From: Trichinella spiralis
Lineage: Eukaryota
Direction of reading: 5' to 3'
Length of the DNA: 64,000 bases
Assembly (NCBI RefSeq): GCF_000181795.1
Contig: NW_003526947.1
Coordinates: 642,388 to 706,387, forward strand
Position 1 is the stretch's first letter. Each line of letters begins with the position of its first letter. Below are positions 37,501 through 50,768 of this stretch, piece after piece. The notes beneath the pieces are model-generated. The model did no database searches. It was not told where the DNA came from and saw only the letters and a program-made list of their open reading frames with translations. The position numbers and the translations under genes were made by a program.

Positions 37501-40500
37501 GGTTTGATTGGTCTTATCTTGTCAATTGGTCTCTTCAACTGGTAAGTAAGTGATAAGCAAGAAAGGGTTGATCAAGTGAATGAATGAATAATAATTAGCC
37601 GCTAGGACGATCGATCTGAACTCCGATCGTCCATTTTATAATGGAGATTAAATCTGCGTTGTCCAGGTGCAAGTTGAATTTCAGCTCATTTCAATTATTC
37701 TTCTTCATAATCACCAATGCGCAAAATTTTTTTAATCCACCTTCCATCGTCTTATTTTCCCACAAATATAAGTATAAATGGACATTTCTAAATCGTATAC
37801 TTTTTCATTTTTTGTCATCATCATTATTCTTGTTTTTTTTTGAATGACTGTATTTTAAAATTTAAAACCATTCAAAGATAGATGGATTATATGATTATTG
37901 ATTTTTATATCGAATCCACCTTGTTGTTGTTGTTGTAATTTTTGTAATAATAAGGTAAGTTTTTTTTTATCAGGATGTGTGCATGTGAATGTGCGTGTTG
38001 GTTTTTTTCCACTTTCTTCAATAATATTTGCAGAAGAGGATTGAGCAACACCAATGTAAGCCAAATTCAAAAAACAAACAAATGTATATATATATACTTT
38101 ATGTTTTTTTTTATTTGAAAATTATATTTGAATGTCGAAAGTGAGGAAAGTTGTTTGTTTAATTGTGATTAAATTGAATTGAGCTAAAGTAAAGTAAAAA
38201 GTGAAAATTATACTCGGTTGAGAATAAATTTCTTTTTAAATCATAACAACAGTAATCGCTTCATGCTTGAAGAGAAACAACCAAATGGTACATTTGTTGT
38301 CGGTTGTCAAGCAGAAAGTGGTTTATTCTTTACGAGCGTTTTTTTTCACACTTGTAGAAAGCATTTGCAAACGATGCTTTTTTTCATTTTTAACAAAAAT
38401 AATATGCAAAAATGAAATTTTATTTTAAAAAGTAAATATTTTTTTTAAATATTCTATTATAATTATGCTTTCAGTTGGACATCTTTTCTTTGTAGCCCAA
38501 GTGGAAAATTCCGTTGCCATGCAACGAACCTATCATCTATCTCTTCTTCGTATCGCATGCTGTTGTCGAGGGAAGAATAATTTTTAATTCACTTCACCAT
38601 CACCGCGTCTAGCATTTTCTGCTTGCTTCTTTTCACTCGGCTATTATTTGCATTGCTCCGTTCAATTTTCATTATCAAATGAATGTAAATGTCTCTTTTA
38701 CTCGGTGTCTGTTTATAGTTTTTAATTTATTAACTATTAATTAACAAATACAAATTGTATTTATTTATTTATTTATTGTTTATTTTCAATATATATGGTA
38801 ATTTTTTACAATTTTTATTAAGTGAATTTAAATTTTCTTGAAAAAACTTCTTTCATTTTTTTTACTTTACAAAAATTTCAAATATAATTATTCCATGTGT
38901 TTGCTTTATGATTAATAGAGATGGAAAATGGGATAAAATGAATTTTGATTGGTCAAAAAATTTTCTATTACATACATCAATATTCTTATTTACATTCAGT
39001 AAAACTACAGTAACATCAATGGTTGTATTTTTTGATCGGTAGGATTGATAAGATTCCACTGATTGATTGATTGAAATGTAAAATTGAAATACACATGTAA
39101 AACTGGTAATAATAGCCATTTGTGTTGATTATCATATTTTTTTGATTGATGTGTTTCATTTTTTTAATTACTGAAACTGACAAAATGCAATTTTATTCCT
39201 ATTCGGAGATGCATACGGTTGAATATTATTGTCTCTTTTAGTTGATTTCATTTGATTGTTATAATTTCCATAATTTATAATCATGCATCGGTACGGTCCA
39301 TTTTTCTTTCGTAATATTTATTTTATTTTTTTTTGTTTTTGAACGTTGACGTAATACAGCAAACATATAATATATGTGATTTATTTTGAATTCAAATTTT
39401 TAAATTTATATGAAATTTAAAAAATTTCAATAATTAATTTGTATTATTTCATGTTTTTTTATCTTGTTCATTTTTCGACAGATTGTGTTACAAAATGTTC
39501 GCCAAAGCTTTTTTCATTTAATTATCCATCGGTCAATATGAATTGAACAAGCCCATTGGATGTTAGAGGAGGCGACCGTTAATAATCTCCCTTGTAAAAG
39601 GGGACAGGGGGAGCCAACAGTATACAGCTGGCGTGTCAGTGGTTCATTTGAAGTGGGCGAGATGGATTTTTAAGAAAGCACATTTACATACGGTTGTCGA
39701 GCATCATTATCTTATTCGACCGACATTGGTCAATTCTTTTTCCATGTAAATTATTCATCACTTGCCGTGGAGGTGGAGAATTTTTGTTCATTATTGATTT
39801 CAAATTTCCATTTGTTCTCCATTAGTCGGTAAGACCTTGTCGTATTGAATCACTACCACCACCACTACTTGCAATGAGGATGATCATCAGAATGATTTAA
39901 TGAAAAATGTTCGCACAAAAAGTCAATCAAATTCATTTCCATTTCCTCTTTTTTTTAATTAATTGAATCATTTTATCAACATGATAGATTGGATTGTTGT
40001 TTGTTTGTAACAAATAAACAACCACAGAATCGAAGGTATGGAAATTTTTTGGTATAAACAAGCAACGATATCAGTTCATTATCAGTTTGGTGTCATTGGA
40101 TTGTGAACAGGTTATTTCATCGCTAGTTTAACCGGTCCAAAAATTGTACACTTGGAATAAGAGCAGAAGCGAAAAACAATACCACACCCGTACAATGTAT
40201 GTGTTGGAGGAGGAAAATGCTCCAGCATGCCGCCGACACTTGGTTTGATATATACAGTGAAATTTTGCATGAGGGGAAATTAAATTAATTACAAATATCC
40301 ATATTTTATCCACAATAATGAAATAATTAAAGTCGACAATCTGTGTGAACATGCATGCATGTATGTATATAGTAAGGACGTCCGGTGAGATTGTCCACTT
40401 CAGCTAGTGTTGTTGTATTTGCTTGGGCGGGTTCAATTCATCTGCGCGCGTATTCATCAGTTCACTAACGTTGTCCTCATCGGTCGGTGGACAAATATTC

Positions 40501-40628
40501 ACTTTTCAGTTGTTGGTGTTGTTGACTGGACAGAGTGACCAGTTTTCGGCGAGCTTGTTTCCTTGACGTTTTCCGCATCTTCCTCTTGCCGGTCATGCAA
40601 ATTTACAGTAAGCCAAACAGACAGACAG

Positions 40629-40648
40629 CCGGCCGGCCGGCCGGCCGG
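40629..40648. repeat. (CCGG)5 palindromic repeat
   Basis: ccggccggccggccggccgg is directly visible. Confidence 0.9.
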
Positions 40649-40816
40649 TCGTCAATTAATCAACTTCTTTTAACAGCGCAGACGGTCTTGCAGTTTTCTT
40701 TTGCCGACTTTTGAAAATTGTCTGTCCTTGGAAATCGCTCGCATTTTATTTCACAACAACAATATTTGATTGTTTATTTGTTTACTTATTATTTTAGAAT
40801 TTATTTTGATGAAAAT

Positions 40817-43800
40817 ATGAATTCCGAAGATTACGGAGAACAAACATTGACAGAAAAAGAACGATGTGCCAGGTAAGAGAACAGCCCCACTCACACACAC
40901 AGACACGGACGACAATTAATAAATTAACGTTGGTGATTTTTTTCCTTTTTCTCTTTTAAATTTTCTCTCTTACAATTTATTCAATTAATTTTCATATTCA
41001 TATTCTACACAATCATATCCAGTTGTCGATCTGGTTTTCTTCATTATAATGATGATGATGATAAATACGATTGAGAATTTTTAATGAACATTAACATTAA
41101 TGTTAACAAAATTGGTCTTGTATTTGTTATTATTATTATTATATTATTTTTTTCTCACAAAATTCTTTTAAAACACAATTTCTCTAATTGAATATCAAAC
41201 TCTTGACCGTAAGCATATTCACCAGGGGCTGAGAGTAGGGGGAGATGAAGGAGCGGAGCTCAGGGGAGCTGAGGGGAAGGGGGAGGGGCAAGGAACAACA
41301 AACACCACCACACCAGAGACACGCGGCAGCTAATCGTCGACAAACATGCTGCCAAGTTAACAATGATCCATTATTACCATTCGGCAAATAGCATTAGTTC
41401 GTTAGCATCGGTTGGATATTTTTAAATTAATTTTTCTTTTCAACCAAACGAACGCGAACATTCAGGTAATCATTTATTCCACTGGGGACACGGACGTCTG
41501 TTCACATTTTATACGCTTCAATGGAAATGGTAGAATTATTGATCCATTTATTGGCCACGATGTTTGGCCAACGCTTGACATGGCTTTCAGAACAATCGAA
41601 AAAATTACAAGAATATTTCATTTATTCTATTTTTTCAATATTATAATAATTAACACATATCTTCTTATTTTCACATATCAATAATGAGAACAGGATAAAG
41701 TGGTGGAATATTTCACTTTTATAATCTAATAATAATACGAATATTTTTTATTAATAAAATGGTGAAATTGAACAAATGAAAAGAGAAATTATTATTATAA
41801 GATTATTTCAATTTTTGTATACGCTTAGAAAATTATAAAATGAAATTTCTTTCCACATTTTTCTCGGATGTTTAATTTTTGAATTGAATCAATTGATGGT
41901 CGACATTCGGGTAACGACAGTGTCACGTTCCAGGGAAAACCACAGCGAAATCGAGCGTCGACGTCGAAACAAAATGACCCACTACATCAACGAATTGGCC
42001 GACATGGTGCCACAGTGCGCCGGTCTGGGTCGTCGTCCTGACAAGCTGACAATCCTGAGAATGGCCGTCTCGCACATGAAAGCCATAAGAAGTAACAGCT
42101 CAATTTAATTCATCAGTTTTTTTTTCTTTTGGAAATTTAATATCAGGATTATTTATTTTTTTGTTGAATATTTTTTTCTTCTTATTTTTTTGTTTGTTTT
42201 TTCTCATTTTTTTTCCGTGGATTTTCCTTTGTAAATTTTACAAAACTACATTACAGTAAGAAGACAGACAGACGAAGGTGGAAAATTACAGTAATAAGAA
42301 TGAGAAAAAACGTTATGTTTTTTGTTTTTCATTTTTTTAAGAAATATATTGACCATTATTATTATTCGTATTATTATTTTACATTTGTTTTCAAATTTAC
42401 AATAAATTCATTTAAATATTATGATATGACAAATTAATCTTTTGTATTGTATATAGATTGTGAAGGAACAAGTTCGGATTCTTCGTATCGGCCGTCGTTT
42501 CTAACCGATCAGGAATTGAAACATCTTGTACTGGAAGTAAGTTTGTTGTTGTCAGCATACTACTCGTAGTAGTAATTATTAGCATTATTGTACAGTGTGA
42601 ATTTGCATGTTGTTTTCTTCTACTTTTCAGGCTGCCAACGGTTTTATGCTAGTTGTCGGTTGTGACTCAGGGAAAGTGTTGTTCGTAGCCGATTCAATTT
42701 ATCCAGTGCTGAATTTAACTCAAGTACTTTTTTTTACTTGATTATTGGAGAAAAAAAAGAGAAATTTTCTTATTATTATTATTATTTAAATAAAAAACGT
42801 TGTATAATTGGTATTTTTTTCTCGTTTGTTTCTTAACTTAAGGCTGAATGTATTGGTCATTCAATTTACGATCTTGTCCATCCTGAGGATATGAACAAAA
42901 TCAAAGAACAACTGTCCGGCCTTGATGGGAACATGTTGAATCGAGTGTTGGATTTCAAAAGTAAGCACTTTATTTATTTCGATCAATGAACAAACAACAA
43001 CAACAACAACTGTGTATGTATTTTCAGCTGGCACTGTAAAAAAAGAAAATCAACAAGGTAAATCAACATTGATTAATTGTTGTTTTTATTTATTAATTAT
43101 CTATCAAATAAATAAATAAATAAATATATATATATATATATACATTTTCAGCGTTGAATCGAGTACACATGAGCTGTCGCCGTGGATTCATTTGTCGCAT
43201 GAAGCTTGGTCGTAGAGAAACGACCAATTTGCATTTTAATCGTATGAGAAATCGGAGGCCAATTTTCATTCACAACGACAACCAGTACGTGGTTGTACAT
43301 TGCACTGGATATGTGAAAAATTCCATTCCTCAGGGTAAAAATATATATATATATATTATCAATTGTTATGAAATAATTATAATTTGCATTACAGAATTGG
43401 AAGCGTGTGTCGATTCGAGCACATCAGAAATGAAATCATTGGCCAAAGAACGATGTCTGATATGCATCGCCAGATTGCAAGTGTCGAATATGACGTCCAG
43501 TTCGAACGTAAATCAGCAAGAATTCTGTATCCGATTGAATGAAGAAGGGAAATTTACATATTTGGACGAAAGGTGAGCAAAGTGAAAAAAGCAACTTTTC
43601 GTTGTAGTGGAATATTTCCATCATTCATTTTCAGGGTCTATGGAATGCTTGGTTATAAGCCGCACGAGCTGATCGGCACGTGCTGGTGGGAATGCGTCCA
43701 CTCGGAAGATCAAGCGAACGTGCGTGATGTGTTTAATCAAGGTGAGTGAGCCCTCTGATGGTTGACCCAATTCTTTTGCATTCTGATCATTGATTGATTT

Positions 43801-45070
43801 CAATTGCTTTACGTAAACAGCACATTATTGCACGGTAAACTGTCTGCTTGATTTTCTGTTCTTCTTCTGTCTCACTCTCTGCACATGCTGTGTTTTTATT
43901 TGCAATTTCAATTTTCTTCCTGCTTCAAGTGAGTATATCTGTCAACAACGTGAAGCAGCGTTACAAACAATAATTTTCACTACGAGCCGACCGGGCACTT
44001 CTTTCTAATCATAATAATTAATGATATAATGTATAGTTCCAATTTTTGTTTTCAATCTAACAACTTTTGTACAGAAGATTTCCAGATAATTTTTTCAACA
44101 CAAGTATGGAAATTTGTTTAGTGCTCAAATTGAAAGATCAAACGTTGTGCGTTATTTATCGATTCCGCTCAAAGTCGGACGAATGGATGTGCATGAGGAC
44201 GTCGGTTTGGTCATTTTTCAATCCATTTTCTGAAGAATTTGAATTTGTAGTCGGTTCCAGTGTTTGTGTGAACTTTATGAGGTATCTAATCTTGTTGTAT
44301 ATCGAATCTGTTTTTTAACCATTGCACAAATAATACTAATAATAATAATTATTATTATTAACAGTTCCAAATCACCACCGAACAACACTGCTGGTGAACT
44401 GTGCACCGTGAACAATACCCCTGATATGTTCGCTGCTGCTGGATATTTGACCACGGGTTCTACAAACGAGCTACAACCGAATATCAATATGACAACCCAC
44501 TGGTTGAACAGTTCCGGTCCTGTTGAACAACAACCAGAATTGTATCCGTATCCGCAAAATTTACGCATTCCAGGTTGGGCTCGACAATTTCCCTCCCATT
44601 CATTCGGATGCATTAATTTGCCCAATTTCTCAACAGGTACATCTTACACTACGAATACATTACGACCAACGGATCCAACTGCGCATCATACTTTGTTTTC
44701 ACATCGAGATTTCACTACACCTGCAGCATCGTTTACACCTCAGATGACAAATTCCGTCGACTCTGATTTGGTCAATTCGCACAATATTATTCTACCAGCT
44801 CAAAATGACTGGAATATGCACTATTCTGCAAATGAGGTTCCTTGATATATACAAATATATTCGTAAAAAAAAATATTTTTATAATTTTCATTCCAATTCC
44901 AGGGTTTAACTGCTACTAATTCGGTGCCATCAAAGTACAACATGCCAACCGGTGGTGTTCAAGTGCAGACGACAAATCTGTGCAACAGTAATTGGTGGGG
45001 TACGGAACGAACCGACGCCAACTATGATCGTGGAATCATTTCCCTCGGAGAACGATATTTACCACAATGA
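40817..45070 (+). CDS. ARNT: Aryl hydrocarbon receptor nuclear translocator (ARNT/Tango/aha-1), bHLH-PAS, multi-exon
   Basis: [35 protein letters not shown]...[41 protein letters not shown] (PAS-A); [32 protein letters not shown]...[13 protein letters not shown]; last exon ends GERYLPQ* at 45070. Confidence 0.95.
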
Positions 45071-45548
45071 ACAGCTATAGATAGCTATAGCTAATCGAAT
45101 AGTCGAAATCATTCATCCATCCATCCATCCATCATATCCCGGTTTTCTAGGTAAAGGGAAAAAACAGTTTGTGTTCGTTCGTTTTCACTTTGTTGTCTGT
45201 TTGTTCTCATTGGTGATGAAGGCAACTGCATTTATTTTGCAATTTTTTCACAAAATTATTTAAATTTATACTATGTTCGGCTGATATTTAAAAAAAACAA
45301 AACTTTTTTTTAATGTCTGCTTTGTCGTTTTCCAATGTTCATGTGAAAATATTAATAAAAACGTATAGTTTTCATACTTTTTTTAATCATCAAAATTCAA
45401 ATTTCACACCGTATTATTATTACTTTCAAAAGTTTAAAAATACACTATCGACTTTTGTAAAAGCAACTATACTATTGTAAAATATGATTGTAAAAAAGTG
45501 AAATCATCTGAATATAAAAATTTCATCCAATTTCAGAATTTCTACTCT

Positions 45549-46669
45549 TTAATAAAGCAACATCCAAGGCCACATTACAAACAAGCCCGCAGTAGCGCCT
45601 GCAAGCGTCGCAGCTGCCAAACTATCACAGTATCTACCATAGTGCAATCGAGGATAGCTCACTGGAAGGCCTTAAAAATAACAACATGTTTAATAACAAC
45701 AAATTATCCTGCTATCATAACCTATAGGCAACCAATTTACTGCACGAGGAGGATATGCGGGTGCTCGATAAACATAGGTGAAGCTTGGTGGAAAACCTGA
45801 TCCTTCAACTTCGAGGAATTCTTCAATGCTACTTATCCATGCCCTAAAACAAAATGAAATTTCAATTAAAATTCAAATTTTTTTTAAATTATTACTTACA
45901 ATAAATATAATAAAAGTACTTTTCTAATATAATCTCAAAAATAATAAAATTCATCCTTTCAATTTACCGTAAACGCAATTCAACTGTACATATAACCTCA
46001 TTATCTATTATTCTATTATTAGTTCGCAACATTTCACTTATTATTATTTCTGTTGCTAAGAGAAATTTCTCTGCCATCATCTTGACAAAATAATAAAAAG
46101 AGAAAATCTTCTAAGAGAAATGGCTCAAAATCACATTATTCACAAAAAACAAGCTTCGATGCTTTCACAGTGAGGATAAACTGGACTTTTGCAAATGCTA
46201 TCTATGCTGGCAATTGATGTTAACGTCACAAAGAGAAAAGAAAACACTTACAAAGCATCGTCTTCGTTTTCACCGGAAAAGTGCAAAATTTTGCACGAAG
46301 ATTTCAAGCCGAATAAAGAATTTTCACTTCTTCCATTAGGTGGAGTTAAACCACCCTTAAAAAAGAACAATTAAAATTATCAAGTCTAGAATAGTTGCGC
46401 CAAACCAAGTAATTCCTTAAAATCTGTGGACATTCACTGGGTAAGTTGACGCAGTGAATAATATTCGAAGAATTGCAACTGTTATATACAACCAGTCTTC
46501 CACTTTTATATAATACAAGCCATGCATCTTTCCATCGATGCAATACGGACGCTGTGCAAAAAAAACAAACAAATTACTACATTCAATGACATGTAGCTCA
46601 AAAGTTACTTTGTCTTTTAACCCAACCACATTTTGCCACCGTATACGGTGTACAATCAACAACTTCCAT
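45549..46669 (-). CDS. Evectin/PLEKHB-like PH-domain protein with C-terminal tail anchor, multi-exon
   Basis: Spliced AKCGWVKRQTSVLHRWKDAWLVLYKSGRLVVY...PPNGRS...ENEDDALAW resembles evectin-2 KSGWLLRQSTILKRWKKNWF..DDCLAW. The last exon DSLAAATLAGATAGLFVMWPWMLLY* resembles the evectin hydrophobic tail. Confidence 0.8.
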
Positions 46670-49600
46670 CTTATTTCGACGTAGACAAAGATACTTCCAC
46701 CCTATGCTTACTTATCTTATGCATACTGTCGTATAATAATTAAATGCAAGTAATTGCAAGTACTGATGCGAAGCTTTGCTTTAAATTATCGATAAAATGT
46801 TCAGATTATTGTTAATATAATATTATTCAAATTATGAAATTAATTTTTTATGGAAATATGATAAACAAAGACACAGTTATTCAATATTGAAATAGTTTGT
46901 ATTTGTTGGAAATGGAATTCCTTCATTTATACTTGATTGTTCAATTACTGTGAAATGTTTCATCATTTTGCGTTTATTTATAGATGGTCAATGATGATTT
47001 ACGCATAGTTAGAGTCGATGTCGTTTGCATTTGTCGAATCTTATTCAGTCAAATTTATCTGTGCTATTTGTCACGTTGACGTGATAAATCATACTATTGC
47101 TTGCAGAACAAAAAGTCGACAAATGTTGACTGAGTATATCGACCTAACGGAACAACGACCACATTCACGAGATTTACGATGGTTGAAGTTAGAGGGGCTC
47201 GTTCGGTGCAATCCAGACGGAAGCCCAACCGGATGTCATTTACCGCCTCAGGGGATTACAGTCCGTTTTACATGAAGTGTAGAAGCATTGCTGGTTGCGT
47301 TGTTCTGTTCTAATTTTATCACTGTTTACCAGAGAACAGCTTGATAAAATCAGAGCAGGAGGATGTGAACAGAACACCGCTCAACAGTACCCTAGCTAGC
47401 TGACTGACAAAACTGCGGCAGTGGGCGTTTCCGACCAATCAAAAACCAGAGATATCGGTAAGGTTTTTTTTTGATCGTTTTATTTTAATGGCTAAATGAA
47501 GCATTTTCTATGAATCACACACATACACACACACACGCGCGTAATATACTTGAAGTTATCAGTTATCAACGCAACATAATCATATAAATTCATTTTTCGT
47601 TTCAAATACTAATTAGGTAAAACTGGAGAGGAAAAGCTTAAGACTTTTATTTGAAATTTTTGGAATTTTTAGCAAAAGAACAAATTAAAGAAACAACTGA
47701 CTGAATTGTATAATTTGAACTATATAAAACGTTTATTTTTGAATACTGAACATTAAAAAGACAGAAGGGTATATAAATGGAAAATCGAATTCTGGATTAA
47801 TGTAAAATATTAGGGGTTTCTAAATTTGGTGTTCGCGGTGTTATCGGTGTTTTTCAATAAGAGGAAAAACTGCATATAGACAGTAGGAAATTCTTTGACC
47901 AACGCCACGTTTGGGATTAAAGAAAAAGATAATAAATCTTTTTGTTGGTATTATTGAAGAACAAGCTGACTGTGTATTTGGATGGTGAAATGTTTCGTTT
48001 CCAAATCGAACGGTGATGAAGAACGTCATGTTGGTTCTTCCAGACACGACGTTATTGAACAAATGGGCAAGATAACAGTTGAGCAGATATATAAGATACA
48101 TAAGTGTGCTTGGTTACTGGAGATGCTGAAAACCGTGCGAACAACAGCGAAATTATCAGTTCCGAAACCTGTGATCTGTTTATATTAAACGCTCTGTTGT
48201 TGTTATTGTTGCAGCTGTAGAATCCATCCAGTCTGACGACAAACTTTCAGAATTACATGTCCAGCAGTAAATAACACTGAGCCGCAGCATTTCATCTATG
48301 AAAGGAAAACATTGAACATGTATGCATTTTTTAGTGATAAATCAAAAAATGACCTCAGCTGTAACGCAAAGCAAGAGTATAACCAGTCCGACGTATGTAC
48401 AGGTATTCATGTTCCTGCAAGACGCGGTGGAAGCATACTTGGCATCGGAATCCCTGCTTTTCCATAGTGCGACTGCATCACTGTTGGCGTAGCTCCACCA
48501 ACGCCTCAGCTTAGCCCTCGTAAGCCTAATATAAATAACAACTTCCAAGTAATCATCATTGCATTAAAATATTCAAATCAAACTAGGCGCCACTCCAGAC
48601 CCAGTAATACCACTACCATCAATTCAGAATTTGTGGGATATCGAAGTTTTCAATTTTTATTTCAAGTGCTTAAAACTTGCATTTAGGTACATACATCTGT
48701 TAAAGGTGGGCTTTCAGTCAGCATGCTGACAGTGTGCTCACCATGAATTGACACAAATTAAACAGTGCGTTTTTCTCAACTGTTCGGTCGAAAGCGACGA
48801 TATGCACTCTTACAACAGAACACATAGTTGTCTGGTGCTGAAATAGTCGAAATGTCTTAAAATCAAAAAAGCAACCTCATTTATGCATAATTTAAACATT
48901 TTACTTTGCGAAATCTATACAAATTTGTCACTTGTTGAAGACATCTAATGTTTTGATTTTCAGTAATCTTACAGTATACAATAGAATAAAGTTTGTTTAC
49001 AGAAAAGTAACTTCAATCTTTTTAAACGCAGGCACAAGAAAAAAATATTTGAACAATAAACCTTAAAACGATTCGAAATAATAGTTAGAACATCAAAAAC
49101 CAACTCTAAAGGGCACTTTTGTGCCAATAATTGCGTACGTTTGTGGCAAAGTTTAAATTTTAAATGGTAGTTTTGATTTTAGTAAATATTGATAACTTTA
49201 CTATTTGCAATTGAATTTTATTACATTTAATATTCACAGTTTTAAAGTCAGCTTTATGTGTAGAAAACGTGGAAATTTATGATGACTGACATGCATTGAA
49301 TTTTAATCCTTGCAGCTCAGTAAGAGTAACACAGCACTGCTGGTTTATTAACAAGGATCCATTATATAGATTGTGGGAAAATTTTGCAAGCTGAAGTATA
49401 GTAATATTATACGGTCTGTTAAATTATACAAATTATGAGTAAATTGAAAATTTCCTTTCAAAATGATCGTTTTTGTTTCTGGAATACAGTATACCTAGAA
49501 TGAAATTAGTTTGTTGAAATGGAAGAGTGTTTAATGTTGGATGCACCTGATGAATGTAATTGTTTTTATATACTTTTCTGTTTTATAATGTGAAACATCG

Positions 49601-50768
49601 GCGGATTTAAAATATTTATTATTTATAAAAAGAAATTTAGTTGAGGTAAGTGTGCAAACATTGCTCGAATTTTTGTTGTAATATTTTGGTTTGAATTTTT
49701 ATTTCGATAAGTGCGCATGGTTCATTATTACCGCCGTAGTTTGTTTACTCATTGTGAATATTGTGGAAAATGTACGTTTCGAAATTTGTTTACTTGCATG
49801 GTGTTCAAATTTATTCGAATCTTTTATGCTTGTAGAGAAGCTTGTTTGCTGATTGACTAAGCTTATCTCAAACTGATACATTGAAATTGTCTGTGAACAT
49901 TTTGTTAGCGATGTCATTCAGTAACAACAACGTAGTTTATTTCCGTCAAGTTTTGCGAAATGATAATAGTTGGAAAATTTGTTTTCAGCATTTTATTTCG
50001 ACTGTATCATAAGTTATAATTAACTGTTCATCATTTTTAGTGCTCGTTTATGATTCGATTTGTTTACTGTACCAGTTTGAACGGATGTAATTTTGATGAA
50101 CAGTAGCTTGAAACAGGTTTAATTAAATTCTCTGGTTCGTTTTCCTGTTCAACTGCTTATTTTGTTATGAATTATTAAATTTCAAACATTTCAATTCAGT
50201 TGTTTTCTTTAGTATACTTTGAATTGTGACTTTAACTCTACATTTGGGAACGCTGTGATTTTTCTGAACTTCTGTGCTGTCAGTGTATGTTCATTGCTTT
50301 TTTTTCTCTGTATGGATTCATTAAATGATAACGCTGCTTTTGCCATAGCTATATTTATTACAGTAAACATTTTATGCAGATGAAATGTTTACTCAAATTG
50401 AAACCGTTTGCACGGTGTTATTATTTATTGGTATAATTTGCGATGTTTCAAATTATATCAGAAATAACTTTCTGTTTTGATTGAGTTTTTATTTCTTATT
50501 TTTTGGTTTATACTTTAATTATATTGTATTTTGGTAAAGAAAAAGCGATACACATGTGTATTTCTGATTTATGAAAAAGATTATTAGAAATGAGATAGAA
50601 AATTTTCACTTCTGATAATCAACTTGCTATTTTTGATCGAGGTGTTGTATACTAACTAGTGTTCGATTGTTCAGTATTTCTGAATTCAAGGGAAATTTTG
50701 GAATTCGTGTTCACAAATATATTTCATAAAATTAATACTGTTCGTGATATATTGTTATTTTTAGAACA

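Noticed and set aside
43573..43634. GTGAGCAAAGT resembling the miR-87 5' end (possible mirtron)
   Set aside because: It is simply the splice donor, and the intron does not fold end to end.
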